From Comamonadaceae bacterium UBA2121 (lineage in GTDB: Bacteria; Pseudomonadota; Gammaproteobacteria; Burkholderiales; Burkholderiaceae_C): a stretch of DNA of 64,000 nucleotides. The stretch's first letter is position 1. Every line of letters begins with the position of its first letter. The translations under genes were made by a program, and so were the position numbers. Under the pieces are notes generated by a model, which was not told where the DNA came from, ran no database searches, and saw only the letters and a program-made list of their open reading frames with translations. Location of the stretch: assembly GCA_002331385.1 (NCBI GenBank), contig DCYB01000008.1:9100-73099 (forward strand), given 5' to 3'. This document shows positions 1 through 10,657 of the stretch, in pieces.

Positions 1-195
1 TTCAACGTGCGCTGGACGGAGCAACGGTTCGTCAATGGCGCACCCGCTGGCACCGAACGCTGGAACGCCGTGCTTTCCACCGTCCTGCAAACCCCGCGCA
101 CCGAACAGCGCCTGCGCAAGAACCCGTTGGGTATCTACGTCAACGGCCTGTCGTGGAGCCGCGAACTGGATTCTTCCGAAGGAGCCAAGCCATGA
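1..195 (+). CDS. trbF: Conjugal transfer protein TrbF, C-terminal part (5' end outside window)
   Basis: Frame is open from base 1. RWTEQ...RKNPLGIYVNGLSWSREL is the TrbF/VirB8-like C-terminus. Stop overlaps the trbG ATG. Confidence 0.88.
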   Translation, partial: FNVRWTEQRFVNGAPAGTERWNAVLSTVLQTPRTEQRLRKNPLGIYVNGLSWSRELDSSEGAKP

Positions 196-1184
196 ACCTG
201 CCTTTCCGCTTTCACGCTTTGCCGTTGATCCTGCTTGCCCTCGCGGGCTGCGCCTCGCAGGGCAAGCCGCCGCCGACCATCTCACTTGATGAGCCAGTGC
301 TGGCCCAGCCGCTGCCCGAACCGCTCGCGCCGGTGGAAGTCGTCGCCGTCCCCGAGCCGCTGGCGTTGCCGGCGCAGTTGAAGCCACTGCCGGAGGTCGA
401 TGCGGCCCCGGCTGCGCCGGAGCCAGCCGACGAGAAGGTACGTGTTTCCCGTGCCAACGCCGAGGCACGCATCGCACCCACACGCGAGGGCTACGTCAAT
501 GCTATCCAGGTGTGGCCTTTCACCGATGGTGCGCTTTATCAGGTCTATGCCTCGCCGGGGCGCGTGACCGTGGTTTCGCTCCAGCCGGGCGAGGAACTGG
601 TGACGGTCGCCGCCGGCGATACCGTGCGCTGGATCGTGGGCGACACGTCCAGCGGCAGCAGCGACGCGCTGCGCGTCAATGTGCTGGTCAAGCCCATCCG
701 CTCGGGCCTGAAAACCAATCTGGTCATCACCACCAGCCGGCGCACCTACCTGCTGGAGCTGACCTCGACGGAAAAGGCATGGATGGCCTCGGTATCCTGG
801 GACTATCCACGCGACCGGATGCTGGCCTTGCAGCGCCAGTCGCAGGCGGCCAGCGCCGCCGCGCCAGTCGATACCGGCCTGGCGTTGGAGAAGATCCGCT
901 TCCGTTACGCGGTATCGGGCAGCAACCCGCCGTGGAAGCCGCTGCGTGCCTTCGATGACGGCGAGAAGGTCTATATCCAGTTTCCGGCGGGCATTGCCCA
1001 GGGCGAGCTGCCGCCGCTGTTCGTCATCGGCGTGCAGGGCGACGGGCAACTGGTGAATTATCGTTTCCGCTCGCCGTACTACATCGTGGATCGCCTGTTC
1101 GGCGCGGCCGAACTGCGGCTGGGCGGCGATGGCGGCGACGTGGTGCGTATCGAGCGCACCGATGGCGTGGCGCGGAGGAACTGA
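192..1184 (+). CDS. trbG: P-type conjugative transfer protein TrbG (VirB9-like), lipoprotein
   Basis: ATG at 192, lipobox LAGC, motifs GALYQVYASPGRVT, VAAGDTVRWIVGDT, PWKPLRAFDDGEKVYI. Confidence 0.93.
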   Translation: MNLPFRFHALPLILLALAGCASQGKPPPTISLDEPVLAQPLPEPLAPVEVVAVPEPLALPAQLKPLPEVDAAPAAPEPADEKVRVSRANAEARIAPTREGYVNAIQVWPFTDGALYQVYASPGRVTVVSLQPGEELVTVAAGDTVRWIVGDTSSGSSDALRVNVLVKPIRSGLKTNLVITTSRRTYLLELTSTEKAWMASVSWDYPRDRMLALQRQSQAASAAAPVDTGLALEKIRFRYAVSGSNPPWKPLRAFDDGEKVYIQFPAGIAQGELPPLFVIGVQGDGQLVNYRFRSPYYIVDRLFGAAELRLGGDGGDVVRIERTDGVARRN

Positions 1185-1186
1185 CC

Positions 1187-2467
1187 ATGAGCCAGGATGA
1201 CACTCCCGACCTCGCCGCTCCGCCGGCGGGCAAGGTGGCGCCCGAGGCTGTGGCGCTGCGTGCCCAGCCGCGTCCGGTCACGCGCCTGAACCGGCGCACG
1301 CTGGCCATCCTCGCGGGCGGCCTGTCGGTCGCCGTGCTTGGGGCCACGATCTGGTCGCTGCAACCGCATCGGCGCGGTACGGGCGAGCAAACCGAGCTTT
1401 ACAACGTCGATCGCGTCTCGAAGTCCGAAGGGCTGGATGCGCTACCGACGGACTACTCGAAGCTGCCGCCAGCCTTGCCGCACGATGTACCCGAGCTGGG
1501 GCCGCCGCTGCCGGGCGACCTCGGCCCGGTCATCGTGAAGTCGCAGCAGCCGGTGACAGCCGCCTACGCGGCTCCCGGCCACGACCCGAACGATGCGCTG
1601 CGCAAGGAAGCCGAAGCTGCCGCAGCATCGTCCGTGTTCTTCCGCTCGGGTGCGCAGGCGGCCGCGCCGGTCGCGCAGTCGCAGGCCGCCACCGCGCCGG
1701 GCTTCGCCGCCAATGCGGCGTTCGACCCGATGGCCGCCGGGCCGGCCTCGACGGCGGCCCAGCCTGCCGATCCGACCGCCGTGCAGAACCGGCAAGACCA
1801 GAAGGAGGCTTTCCTGAAAGGCGGCTCTACGGAAACCCGCAATTCCGGCAACCTGACCCTGCCGGCTTCGCCGTATCAGGTCATGGCCGGAACGGTGGTT
1901 GCCGGAGCGCTGGTGACGGGCATCAAGTCGGACTTGCCCGGCGACGTGATCGCCACTGTGACAGAGCCGGTCTATGACACGGCCACCGGGCGTTTCCTGC
2001 TGATCCCGCAGGGTTCGCGCATCCTGGGCAAATACAACAGCCAGGTCAGTTACGGGCAGAGCCGCGTTCAAGTCGTCTGGAATCGGATCATTCTGCCGGA
2101 CACGTCTTCGTTGACGCTCGACAATCTGGCCGGCGCAGATCCGGCCGGCTATGCCGGCCTGGAAGACGATGTGGACTACCACTGGGGCCGCATCTTTGCC
2201 GGTGCGGCGCTGACGACCCTGCTGGGCGTCGGCGCCGAACTGGCCGCGCCGGAGAATCGACAAGATGGCGATCGCGTCATCATCGCCGGGCGTGACAGTT
2301 TGCAGGACACGGTGAATCAAATCGGCCAGGAAGTGACCCGGCGCAACCTCAACATCCAGCCCACCTTGACCCAACGGCCCGGCCTGCCGGTGCGGATCAT
2401 CGTCAACCGCGACTTGGTGTTGCGGCCGTACCAGCCGCTGTTCTTCAATCGGGGGACTTCACGATGA
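1187..2467 (+). CDS. trbI: Conjugative transfer protein TrbI (VirB10-like)
   Basis: N-terminal TM segment; SPYQVMAGTVVAGALVTGIKSDLPG; DPAGYAGLEDDVDYHW; C-terminal IQPTLTQRPG. Confidence 0.93.
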   Translation: MSQDDTPDLAAPPAGKVAPEAVALRAQPRPVTRLNRRTLAILAGGLSVAVLGATIWSLQPHRRGTGEQTELYNVDRVSKSEGLDALPTDYSKLPPALPHDVPELGPPLPGDLGPVIVKSQQPVTAAYAAPGHDPNDALRKEAEAAAASSVFFRSGAQAAAPVAQSQAATAPGFAANAAFDPMAAGPASTAAQPADPTAVQNRQDQKEAFLKGGSTETRNSGNLTLPASPYQVMAGTVVAGALVTGIKSDLPGDVIATVTEPVYDTATGRFLLIPQGSRILGKYNSQVSYGQSRVQVVWNRIILPDTSSLTLDNLAGADPAGYAGLEDDVDYHWGRIFAGAALTTLLGVGAELAAPENRQDGDRVIIAGRDSLQDTVNQIGQEVTRRNLNIQPTLTQRPGLPVRIIVNRDLVLRPYQPLFFNRGTSR

Positions 2468-2709
2468 GCACAACCAAGAAGCTGCGGCTGGGGCCGCTGC
2501 CCAAGACCGAAAGCGTCAAGCTCACCTTTGCCTGCCCGGCCAGTCTTAAAACCGACCTCGACCGCTACGCCGCGCTGCACGCGCAGGCGTATGGCGAGGC
2601 AGTCGATGCGGCGACGCTGATCCCGCACATGCTGGAAGCGTTCATGGCGGGGGATCGGGGATTCAGAAAAGGAGGGGCAGGCAAGGCCGCCCCGCCGAAG
2701 CCGAGTTGA
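2464..2709 (+). CDS. DUF2274-family small protein
   Basis: KLRLGPLPKTESVKLT...DLDRYAALHAQAYG...LIPHMLEAFMAGDRGF; overlaps the trbI stop, the usual position in Tn4371-type ICEs. Confidence 0.85.
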   Translation: MSTTKKLRLGPLPKTESVKLTFACPASLKTDLDRYAALHAQAYGEAVDAATLIPHMLEAFMAGDRGFRKGGAGKAAPPKPS

Positions 2710-2741
2710 CGATGCGGACGCCTCTACCATCCGCCCACGAT

Positions 2742-2769
2742 GAAAGCGCAGCCCAAGGGCTGCGCTTTC
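2742..2769 (+). terminator. Hairpin after the trb operon
   Basis: GAAAGCGCAGCCC-AA-GGGCTGCGCTTTC, perfect 13-bp stem. Confidence 0.6.
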
Positions 2770-2951
2770 GCTTTGAGCGGTGGCTTGCGATAGGCCGGGC
2801 TATGATGGCGGTGCGACCTTGCCCGCTCCGCCGCTCCTAGGCTTGCTACCGCGAAGCGCCTATGCGGCACCTAGCTCAAAACGCGGTAAGAGCACACCGA
2901 GGCCGAAATCTGGCCTAACCTATTGCCCCACAAGACCTTTCGTACCGTTGC

Positions 2952-2989
2952 ATGTCCGCACTAACGACTTGACAGCGGACATTTTTTAT
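2952..2989. other. Candidate ICE right attachment site (attR)
   Basis: Inverted repeat ATGTCCGC (2952-2959) / GCGGACAT (2975-2982) abuts TTTTTTAT. Tn4371-family elements use T-rich 8-mers such as TTTTTCAT. Confidence 0.5.
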
Positions 2990-3154
2990 TTGTGCGAGGC
3001 ACCTCCCCCTTGCCATTGGCCGCGCCAATTCGTGCCGACTGATTCCGAAAGTCCGCCGAAAGACTTTCCCCACTTTCAAATCCTTTATGCCGCGCAGGGT
3101 CCTGAGTGATAATTGACGTTTACGTTAACGTCACCAACCTCTCAGGAGACTGTA

Positions 3155-3913
3155 GTGGAAATCAAGGGCAAGGTATTCATCGTTACCGGCGGCGCATCGG
3201 GTCTGGGCGAAGGCGCTGCACGCATGCTGGCCAGTCGCGGCGCACATGTCGTCATCGCCGACATGCAAGCGGACAAGGGCGAAGCCATCGCCAAGGAAAT
3301 CAACGGCAGCTTCGTCAAGTGCGACGTGACCAGCGAAGACGACGGCAAGGCCGTGGTTGCCCAAGCTACGTCCGTCGGCAAGCTGATGGGACTGGTGAAC
3401 TGCGCCGGCATCGCTCCGGCTGAAAAAACCGTGGGCAAGAACGGCGCGCATTCGTTGGTGCTGTTCTCCAAGGTGATCCAGGTGAACCTGATCGGCAGCT
3501 TCAACATGATCCGCCTCGCCGCCGAAGCCATGTGCAAGAACGAACCGGAATCGACGGGCGAGCGCGGCGTGCTCATCTCCACCGCCAGCGTCGCCGCTTA
3601 TGACGGCCAGATCGGCCAGGTCGCCTACGCAGCCTCCAAGGGCGGCGTGGTCGGCATGACACTACCCATCGCCCGCGATCTTGCGCGCAACGGCATTCGC
3701 AACATGACCATCGCTCCCGGCATCTTCGGCACCCCCATGCTGTTCGGAATGCCACAAGAAGTGCAAGACGCACTCGCCGCAGGCGTGCCCTTCCCCAGCC
3801 GCCTCGGCAAGCCCGAAGACTATGCCAAGCTGGCCTGCCACATCATCGAGAACGACATGCTCAATGGTGAAGTCATCCGTCTCGACGGCGCCATCCGCAT
3901 GGCACCCAAGTGA
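3155..3913 (+). CDS. SDR-family 3-hydroxyacyl-CoA dehydrogenase (HSD10/type II-like)
   Basis: [18 protein letters not shown] motifs; GTG start after AGGAG. Confidence 0.88.
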   Translation: MEIKGKVFIVTGGASGLGEGAARMLASRGAHVVIADMQADKGEAIAKEINGSFVKCDVTSEDDGKAVVAQATSVGKLMGLVNCAGIAPAEKTVGKNGAHSLVLFSKVIQVNLIGSFNMIRLAAEAMCKNEPESTGERGVLISTASVAAYDGQIGQVAYAASKGGVVGMTLPIARDLARNGIRNMTIAPGIFGTPMLFGMPQEVQDALAAGVPFPSRLGKPEDYAKLACHIIENDMLNGEVIRLDGAIRMAPK

Positions 3914-4090
3914 TCGAATAGGAAGCTTGACCGTCAGTCCCCGAACTTGTTGCGTACCTTGAGCCTGACGGGGGCTGCATCCAGACCGCGATTTGCACAC
4001 TGCGGTGCAGCCACAGTCAGCCCATTCGCCGACGCAACGCTCTTCCGCATCAAGCATCAGGCACGGCGGGATTGCCCGCAGCCACCAACA

Positions 4091-4127
4091 AAAAAGCGAT
4101 GCATGTCATGAACATGCATCGCTTTTT
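4091..4127. terminator. Bidirectional intrinsic terminator below the tRNA cluster
   Basis: AAAAAGCGATGCATGT-catga-ACATGCATCGCTTTTT. Confidence 0.75.
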
Positions 4128-4135
4128 CTTGAATC

Positions 4136-4212
4136 TGGCGGAGTGGACGGGACTCGAACCCGCGACCCCCGGCGTGACAGGCCGGTATTCTAACCAACTG
4201 AACTACCACTCC
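4136..4212 (-). tRNA. tRNA-Asp(GTC)
   Basis: 77-nt cloverleaf GGAGTGGTAGTTCAG...GTC...TCCGCCA. Confidence 0.96.
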
Positions 4213-4263
4213 TGGCAGGAAGCTATTGCAATCGCTCTTGCGAGCTTTCAAGTGCTTCAAACT

Positions 4264-4339
4264 TGGCGACCCTACGGGGATTCGAACCCCGGTACTCACC
4301 GTGAAAGGGTGATGTCCTAGGCCTCTAGACGATAGGGTC
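4264..4339 (-). tRNA. tRNA-Glu(TTC)
   Basis: GACCCTA/TAGGGTC acceptor stem, anticodon TTC, CCA end. Confidence 0.96.
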
Positions 4340-4354
4340 AAAACCTGGAATTTT

Positions 4355-4430
<76 letters not shown>

Positions 4431-4526
4431 TTGGTGTTTTCGTGCCGTCATTCGCCCTTCGGAGAATGTCTGCACCAAAACAAAACGGGCCACCTTTGAG
4501 GGGATGACCCGTTACTGGTCAATCTG

Positions 4527-4603
4527 TGGCGGAGTGGACGGGACTCGAACCCGCGACCCCCGGCGTGACAGGCCGGTATTCTAACCAACTGAACTACCAC
4601 TCC
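4527..4603 (-). tRNA. tRNA-Asp(GTC), second copy
   Basis: Same sequence as 4136-4212, offset 391 bp. Confidence 0.96.
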
Positions 4604-4654
4604 TGGCAGGAAGCTATTGCATTCGCTCTTGCGAGCTTTCAAGTGCTTCAAACT

Positions 4655-4730
4655 TGGCGACCCTACGGGGATTCGAACCCCGGTACTCACCGTGAAAGGG
4701 TGATGTCCTAGGCCTCTAGACGATAGGGTC
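4655..4730 (-). tRNA. tRNA-Glu(TTC), second copy
   Basis: Same sequence as 4264-4339. Confidence 0.96.
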
Positions 4731-4745
4731 AAAACCTAGAATTCT

Positions 4746-4821
<76 letters not shown>

Positions 4822-4893
4822 AAAATTCCGCTTCTGACGTAAATTACTTTGTAACCGCCGTCATCTGCTGAGCTTCGAATTATATACAGATTT

Positions 4894-6303
4894 TCAGGCG
4901 GTTTTCAAATACTTCAAAACTTTTTCGCGACCGAGCAGTTCCAGCACCGCGTCCACTGATGGCGTGTGCGCGGTGCCCAGCACCAGCACGCGCACCGGCA
5001 TGGCCAGTTGCGGCATCTTTGCGCCCTGCTCCTTGAGCACTTGCTTGATCGCGGCGCTGATGGCGTCCTTGTTCCATTCCACTTTTTCCATGGCGTCGGC
5101 GAACGCGCTCAAAAGGGGTTTGGCGGCATCGGTCACATGCTTGGCGAGATCGTCTGCATTGCGGTCGATGTCGTCCTGATAGAAGAGCTTGGCCCAGTTG
5201 GCCAGATCCACCAGCGTCTCACAGCGATCCTTGAACAGGCCCGTGATGCGCACGAGTCGATCGTCCGCATCGAGCTGCGCCTCGCTCACACCGGCTTGCA
5301 GCACGAAGGGGCGCAACAGGCGCGCCAGCTCGGCATCGTCCATGAGCTTCATGTGCTGGGCGTTCACCCAGCGCAGCTTGGCTTCGTCGAACTGGCCCGC
5401 ACTGCGACCCAGATGGTCGAGGTTGAACCAGTCGAGGAACTGCTGGCGCGAGAAGATTTCATCGTCGCCGTGGCTCCAGCCGAGGCGTGCCAGATAGTTC
5501 ACCATCGCATCGGGCAGATAGCCTTCGTCGCGATACTGCGTGACGGCCTTCGCGCCGTTGCGCTTGCTCATCTTCTCGCCCTGCTCGTTCAGCACGGTGG
5601 GCAGGTGCGCAAACACCGGCACGTGGGCGCCGAGTGCTTCGAAAATATGGATCTGGCGCGGCGTGTTGTTGACGTGGTCGTCGCCACGGATCACGTGGGT
5701 GATGTGCATGTCCATATCGTCCACGCACACGCAGAAGTTGTAGGTGGGCGTGCCATCCGGGCGCGCAATCACCAGATCGTCCAGTTCGGAGTTCTGGAAT
5801 TCGATGCGGCCCTTGCACTTGTCCTCCCATGCGACCACACCGCCCTTGGGCGTCTTGAAGCGCAGCACGGGCTTCACACCTTCAGGAACGGGCGGCAGCA
5901 CCTTGCCGTCTTCGGGCCTCCAGGTGCCGTCATAGCGCGGCTTTTCCTTGTTCGCCATCTGGCGCTCGCGCAGTGCGTCGAGCTCTTGCACGCTCATGTA
6001 GCACGGATAGACGAAGCCCTTGGCCTGCAGCTGCGCCAGCACTTCCTTGTAGCGGTCCATGCGCTGCATCTGGTAGAACGGGCCTTCATCGGGCGTGAGT
6101 TCCAGCCAGCGCATGCCTTCCAGAATGACGTCCACCGACGCCTGCGTGGAGCGTTCGAGATCGGTGTCTTCGATACGCAGGATGAAGTCACCCTGATTCG
6201 CGCGCGCAAACGCCCACGGATAGAGGGCGGAGCGGATGTTGCCAAGGTGAATGAAGCCTGTCGGTGACGGGGCAAAACGGGTACGTACTTTTTCTTGTGT
6301 CAT
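4894..6303 (-). CDS. gltX: Glutamate--tRNA ligase
   Basis: [15 protein letters not shown] (HIGH-like) and KMSKR motifs. Confidence 0.96.
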   Translation of the reverse strand: MTQEKVRTRFAPSPTGFIHLGNIRSALYPWAFARANQGDFILRIEDTDLERSTQASVDVILEGMRWLELTPDEGPFYQMQRMDRYKEVLAQLQAKGFVYPCYMSVQELDALRERQMANKEKPRYDGTWRPEDGKVLPPVPEGVKPVLRFKTPKGGVVAWEDKCKGRIEFQNSELDDLVIARPDGTPTYNFCVCVDDMDMHITHVIRGDDHVNNTPRQIHIFEALGAHVPVFAHLPTVLNEQGEKMSKRNGAKAVTQYRDEGYLPDAMVNYLARLGWSHGDDEIFSRQQFLDWFNLDHLGRSAGQFDEAKLRWVNAQHMKLMDDAELARLLRPFVLQAGVSEAQLDADDRLVRITGLFKDRCETLVDLANWAKLFYQDDIDRNADDLAKHVTDAAKPLLSAFADAMEKVEWNKDAISAAIKQVLKEQGAKMPQLAMPVRVLVLGTAHTPSVDAVLELLGREKVLKYLKTA

Positions 6304-6304
6304 G

Positions 6305-7519
6305 TCACACCAGTGTATCGAGTCCACGGGAGAGATCGGCCTTGAGATCGTCGAGATCCTCCAGACCCACGGAGACGCGCACCAGTCCCTGGCCCACTCC
6401 CGCAGCCTGACGCTGCGCTTCGGTCAGCCGACCGTGCGAGGTGCTGGCAGGATGGGTGATGGTAGTCTTCACGTCGCCCAGATTGGCGGTGATGCTGCAC
6501 ACGCGTGTGCTGTCGATCACATGGAAGGCGTTGGCGCGCATCTGCTCCGCGCCCTCGCCCACCACGTCGAATGCCAGCACCGCGCCGCCCATGCCATTTT
6601 GCTGGCGCATGGCGAGTTCGTGCTGCGGATGGGTGGGCAAGCCGGGATAGTGCACATGCGCCACCTTGGGGTGCGCTTGCAGCCAGGTGGCCAACTCCAG
6701 CGCCGCGGCGCTTTGCGCCTTGACGCGCACGGCCAGCGTTTCCAGTCCCTTGAGCACAACCCACGCATTGAACGGCGCAATGTTCAGGCCGCCGCTGCGC
6801 AGGAACGTGCCCATCACCTTGTCCACCAGCGCGACGGTGCCGCAGACGGCACCGGCCATGACGCGGCCTTGTCCGTCGAGGAACTTGGTGCCGGAATGCA
6901 CGACGATGTCCGCGCCGAATTGGGCAGGCCGTTGCAGCACGGGCGAGGCGAAGCTGTTATCGACGGCCAGCAAGGCGCCATGCGCGTGGGCGATCTCGGC
7001 CAGCGCGGCGATGTCGCACAGATCCGTCAGCGGATTGGTCGGGGTTTCTGCAAACAGCAGTCGGGTGTTGGGGCGCACCGCATCTTTCCACGCCTGCACA
7101 TCGGTCTGCGCAACAAACGTGGTTTCCACTCCGAAGCGCGCCATCTCGGTTCCAAGCAACTTGATCGTGGAGCCGAACATGGATTGCGAGCAGATCACGT
7201 GATCGCCCGTCTTCAACGTGGTGAGCGCCACCAGCAGGATGGCCGACATGCCGGTGGTCGTTGCCACCGCACATTCCGTACCCTCCATGGCCGCCAGCCG
7301 CTTTTCAAAGCTGGTGACGGTGGGGTTGCTGGTGCGGCTGTAGGTGTAGCCGTCTTCCTCGTTGGCAAAGCGCCGCGCGGCGGTAGCGCAGTCGGGCTGC
7401 ACGAAGCTGCTGGTCATGTACAGCGCTTCGCTGTGCTCGCCCCACTGGCTGCGGTCGATGGCTTCGCGCACCGCGAGCGTATCGGGGTGCAGACCTTGCG
7501 GCAATGTTCTGTCGGTCAC
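6305..7519 (-). CDS. metZ: O-succinylhomoserine sulfhydrylase
   Basis: Cys/Met PLP enzyme: [28 protein letters not shown]; follows purF as in other proteobacteria. Confidence 0.9.
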   Translation of the reverse strand: MTDRTLPQGLHPDTLAVREAIDRSQWGEHSEALYMTSSFVQPDCATAARRFANEEDGYTYSRTSNPTVTSFEKRLAAMEGTECAVATTTGMSAILLVALTTLKTGDHVICSQSMFGSTIKLLGTEMARFGVETTFVAQTDVQAWKDAVRPNTRLLFAETPTNPLTDLCDIAALAEIAHAHGALLAVDNSFASPVLQRPAQFGADIVVHSGTKFLDGQGRVMAGAVCGTVALVDKVMGTFLRSGGLNIAPFNAWVVLKGLETLAVRVKAQSAAALELATWLQAHPKVAHVHYPGLPTHPQHELAMRQQNGMGGAVLAFDVVGEGAEQMRANAFHVIDSTRVCSITANLGDVKTTITHPASTSHGRLTEAQRQAAGVGQGLVRVSVGLEDLDDLKADLSRGLDTLV

Positions 7520-7639
7520 TTGGATAGATCCTTGCTGGTTCTGTGACCGCCAATGTCCGGCATTGACGGCAGTGCGTCACTACCAGATTGGCGCACTTCA
7601 AAAGGCCGGGCGCGCAGCGCCCGCGTTGGCAGAGAACGG

Positions 7640-9121
7640 TCAGGCGAGTTGCGCGTCCTCGTCGTCCTCTTCGACTTCGTTGCGGCCCTCGTTCATCGCG
7701 CTGATGTCGACGTCGGAGATGTCGCCGGTGACGTAGTCGCCATCAAAGCAGGATGCCTCGAAACCCTGCACGGCAGGATTGATCTTGCCTACCGCCTGCT
7801 TCATGGCATCCACGTCCTGATAGATCAGCGCGTCGCAGCCGATCACCTGACGGATTTCTTCCACCGTGCGGTTGTGCGCCACCAGTTCGGTCTTGGTCGG
7901 CATATCGATGCCATAGACATTGGGGAAGCGCACGGGCGGTGCTGCTGACGCCAGATAGACCTTCACCGCACCGGCATCGCGCGCCATCTGCACGATCTCT
8001 TTGGAGGTCGTACCGCGCACGATGGAGTCGTCCACCAGCAGCACACGACGCCCCTTGAATTCGCTGCCGATGGCATTGAGCTTCTGGCGCACGGACTTTT
8101 TGCGCGTGGCCTGACCCGGCATGATGAAGGTGCGACCCACGTAGCGATTCTTCACGAAGCCTTCCCGATAGGGAATGCCGAGCAGTTGCGCCAGTTGCAT
8201 GGCGCTCGGGCGGCTGGATTCGGGGATCGGGATGATGGCGTCGATCTCGTTGGGCGGCACCGTGGAGACCACGCGCTTGGCCAGCGTCTCGCCCATGTTC
8301 AGGCGCGCCTGGTACACGGAGATGCCGTCCATTACGGAGTCCGGTCGCGCCAGATACACGTACTCGAACACGCAGGGATGCAGAATGGCCGCCTCGGCGC
8401 ATTGCTCGCTTTCCACGCGGCCATCGTTGTGCACGAACACGGCTTCGCCCGGCGCCACGTCGCGCTCAAGCTGGTGCAACGTGCCCTCCAGCGCCACCGA
8501 TTCGCTCGCCAGCATGACCGTGCCGTCCGCACCCTTGCCCAGACACAGCGGGCGAATGCCATAAGGATCACGGAAAGCCAGCAAGCCATAACCGGCAATC
8601 AGCGCCACCACGGCGTAGGAGCCGCGCAGGCGTTTGTGCACCGCGCGCACGGCCTGGAAAATGTCTTTGCTTTGAAGTTGCTCGCCGCTGGACGCGCGCG
8701 CCAGTTCGTGCGCCAGTACGTTGAGCAGCACCTCGGAGTCGCTCTCGGTGTTGGTGTGGCGGTGGTCGGTATTCGACAATTGTTCACGCAACTGCTTGGC
8801 GTTGGTGAGATTGCCGTTGTGCACCATGACGATGCCAAAAGGCGCATTCACGTAAAACGGTTGCGCCTCCTCCTCGCTCGACGCATTGCCCGCCGTTGGA
8901 TAGCGCACCTGCCCCAGCCCGACCGAACCGGGCAGCGCCCGCATGTTGCGCGTACGGAACACGTCTTTGACCATGCCCTTGGCCTTGTGCATGAAGAACT
9001 TGCGTCCATCCTGCGTGACGATGCCTGCCGCGTCCTGACCACGGTGCTGCAGCAGCAACAGCGCGTCATAGATCAGTTGATTGACAGGGGTCGAGCTGAC
9101 CACACCGACGATTCCACACAT
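7640..9121 (-). CDS. purF: Amidophosphoribosyltransferase
   Basis: MCGIVG start, QHRGQDAAG, VDDSIVRGTT PRPP-binding motif. Confidence 0.96.
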   Translation of the reverse strand: MCGIVGVVSSTPVNQLIYDALLLLQHRGQDAAGIVTQDGRKFFMHKAKGMVKDVFRTRNMRALPGSVGLGQVRYPTAGNASSEEEAQPFYVNAPFGIVMVHNGNLTNAKQLREQLSNTDHRHTNTESDSEVLLNVLAHELARASSGEQLQSKDIFQAVRAVHKRLRGSYAVVALIAGYGLLAFRDPYGIRPLCLGKGADGTVMLASESVALEGTLHQLERDVAPGEAVFVHNDGRVESEQCAEAAILHPCVFEYVYLARPDSVMDGISVYQARLNMGETLAKRVVSTVPPNEIDAIIPIPESSRPSAMQLAQLLGIPYREGFVKNRYVGRTFIMPGQATRKKSVRQKLNAIGSEFKGRRVLLVDDSIVRGTTSKEIVQMARDAGAVKVYLASAAPPVRFPNVYGIDMPTKTELVAHNRTVEEIRQVIGCDALIYQDVDAMKQAVGKINPAVQGFEASCFDGDYVTGDISDVDISAMNEGRNEVEEDDEDAQLA

Positions 9122-9220
9122 ATTCGGTTTCCAATTTATGGCGGGGGATGAAGACCGCCGAACACTCACACAAATCCTGAAGCCCCGAAGGGCCCGTTAT
9201 TTTCGCCGCGTTTGGGTCCA

Positions 9221-9709
9221 TCAGACAGGAATCCGCGTTCCCATATCGGTTGGCAGAAGGGGCTTTATGGCCTGCAATGCCGCCTCTAATATGGGGGCGC
9301 TATGGGCGGCTTTCCACCATTCGGCTTCGTGCATGGTCGTCATCGACACCACCGCCGCCAGCACGAGCAGCACCAGCACACCGCGCAGCAGCCCGAACAG
9401 GCCACCCAGCGCGCGATCCGCCGGACGCAGCCCGATCGCATCGATCAATTTCTTCATGAGCCAGGCCACAAAGCTGCAGGCAAAGATCGCCACCACGAAC
9501 ACCAGCACAAACCCCACCGCGTGCTGGAGCATCGGATCGGTGTCCTTCATGGGCAGCAGCGCCGCGGCATCGGCGGCAAACCACTGCGCCAGAAAAAATG
9601 CCACCACCCAGCTGGTGAGCGAAAGCAGCTCGAACACCAGTCCGCGCCACGCGCCAATCACCAACGAGCACACCAGCACGACGATGCACAACCAATCCAG
9701 CGCAGCCAT
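9221..9709 (-). CDS. cvpA: CvpA family membrane protein
   Basis: LDW...GAWRGLVFELLSL, DRALGGLFGLLRG; upstream of purF. Confidence 0.9.
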   Translation of the reverse strand: MAALDWLCIVVLVCSLVIGAWRGLVFELLSLTSWVVAFFLAQWFAADAAALLPMKDTDPMLQHAVGFVLVFVVAIFACSFVAWLMKKLIDAIGLRPADRALGGLFGLLRGVLVLLVLAAVVSMTTMHEAEWWKAAHSAPILEAALQAIKPLLPTDMGTRIPV

Positions 9710-9734
9710 GCGCAGCTCCGATTGAAGTTCCTGA

Positions 9735-10643
9735 TCAGCCCGGAATCACAGACGCTGGCAAACCCAGCCCCTTGATGCGCGCGGCCGCCTTGTCCGCCTC
9801 GGCACGGCTGGTGAACGGCCCCACACGCACGCGGGTGCGCTTGCCATCCTTGGTGTCCACGCCTTGCGTATAGGCTTTGAGTCCTGCACCCGAGAGCTTG
9901 CTGCGCACTTCCGCCGCCTTGTCGGCATCGGCGAAGGCACCCACTTGCACCGTGAAGCGCTCGCTCTTGGCCGCTGCCGCCGGTGCCGCTGCGCCGGAAG
10001 ACGTGTCACGGCCTTCCAGCAAGGCCCGGGCACGGGCCGCATCGTCCGCACTGCGCTTGGGCTCTGGCTTGGGTTCCGGCTTCGGCTCGGGTTTCGGTTC
10101 CGGCTTGGCCTTGGGTTCTGGCTTCGGCTCAGGCTTGGGTTCGGGTTTCGGTTCCGGTTTGGGCTCTGGCTTGGGCTTGGTTTCGGGCTTGGGCGGCTCG
10201 CGGCGCTCCACCGAGGCCTGCGGCGCGGGCCTGGAGGCCGACGCCACCGGAGGCGGCACGGGAATGGGCGCAGTCACCGCAGGCTTGCTGGGGGGCGAGG
10301 TGACGATTTCCTCTCCATCGTCCAGACCGGCACCATTCGGCTCGGGTTTGGCGACACTGGTTTCGCTGGCTCCGGGCACCACCAACGGTGCGACTGTGTT
10401 GCGATCGGGGACATCGATGGGCACATTCACCGGCACGGGACGCGGCTTGGTGTCGAACAGCAGCGAGAAGCCCGCCACACCCAAAATGACCAGTACGGCC
10501 GCGCCGATCAGGCGATGGCGTGCGCGGCGGCGCATCACTTCGACGCTCTCTGCCTGTGCGGCCACGCGCGAGCGGCGCGTGGTCTTGGCAGCTGCCGCTT
10601 CTTTCTCTTTCTTGCCAGACCAGGGAAACTTGATAAATGCCAT
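9735..10643 (-). CDS. dedD: SPOR-domain cell division protein (DedD-like)
   Basis: RHRLIGAAVLV TM segment, Pro/Lys-rich linker, C-terminal SPOR domain (VQVGAF...RVRVGPF); folC-dedD-cvpA-purF synteny. Confidence 0.85.
   Translation of the reverse strand: MAFIKFPWSGKKEKEAAAAKTTRRSRVAAQAESVEVMRRRARHRLIGAAVLVILGVAGFSLLFDTKPRPVPVNVPIDVPDRNTVAPLVVPGASETSVAKPEPNGAGLDDGEEIVTSPPSKPAVTAPIPVPPPVASASRPAPQASVERREPPKPETKPKPEPKPEPKPEPKPEPKPEPKAKPEPKPEPKPEPKPEPKRSADDAARARALLEGRDTSSGAAAPAAAAKSERFTVQVGAFADADKAAEVRSKLSGAGLKAYTQGVDTKDGKRTRVRVGPFTSRAEADKAAARIKGLGLPASVIPG
10059..10193 (-). repeat. 12-bp coding repeat encoding (PEPK)n in the dedD linker (limits approximate)
   Basis: KPEPKPEPKPEP... in the translation, with synonymous variation between units. 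Confidence 0.8.
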
Positions 10644-10657
10644 GAGGTAGGGACTCT

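Larger units (their letters stand above)
1..2989 (+). mobile_element. Right end of a Tn4371-family integrative conjugative element
   Basis: trbF-G-I-DUF2274 order; housekeeping genes resume at ~3155; candidate end TTTTTTAT at 2982-2989. The left part lies outside the window. Confidence 0.75.

Noticed and set aside
2780..3109. 109-aa ORF spanning the ICE junction
   Set aside because: It has no RBS or motif and crosses the predicted att site.
7520..7639. Possible SAM/SAH riboswitch ahead of metZ
   Set aside because: Two hairpins are present, but I could not match a SAM-II or SAH consensus; they may be purF 3' structures. An Rfam scan would settle it.
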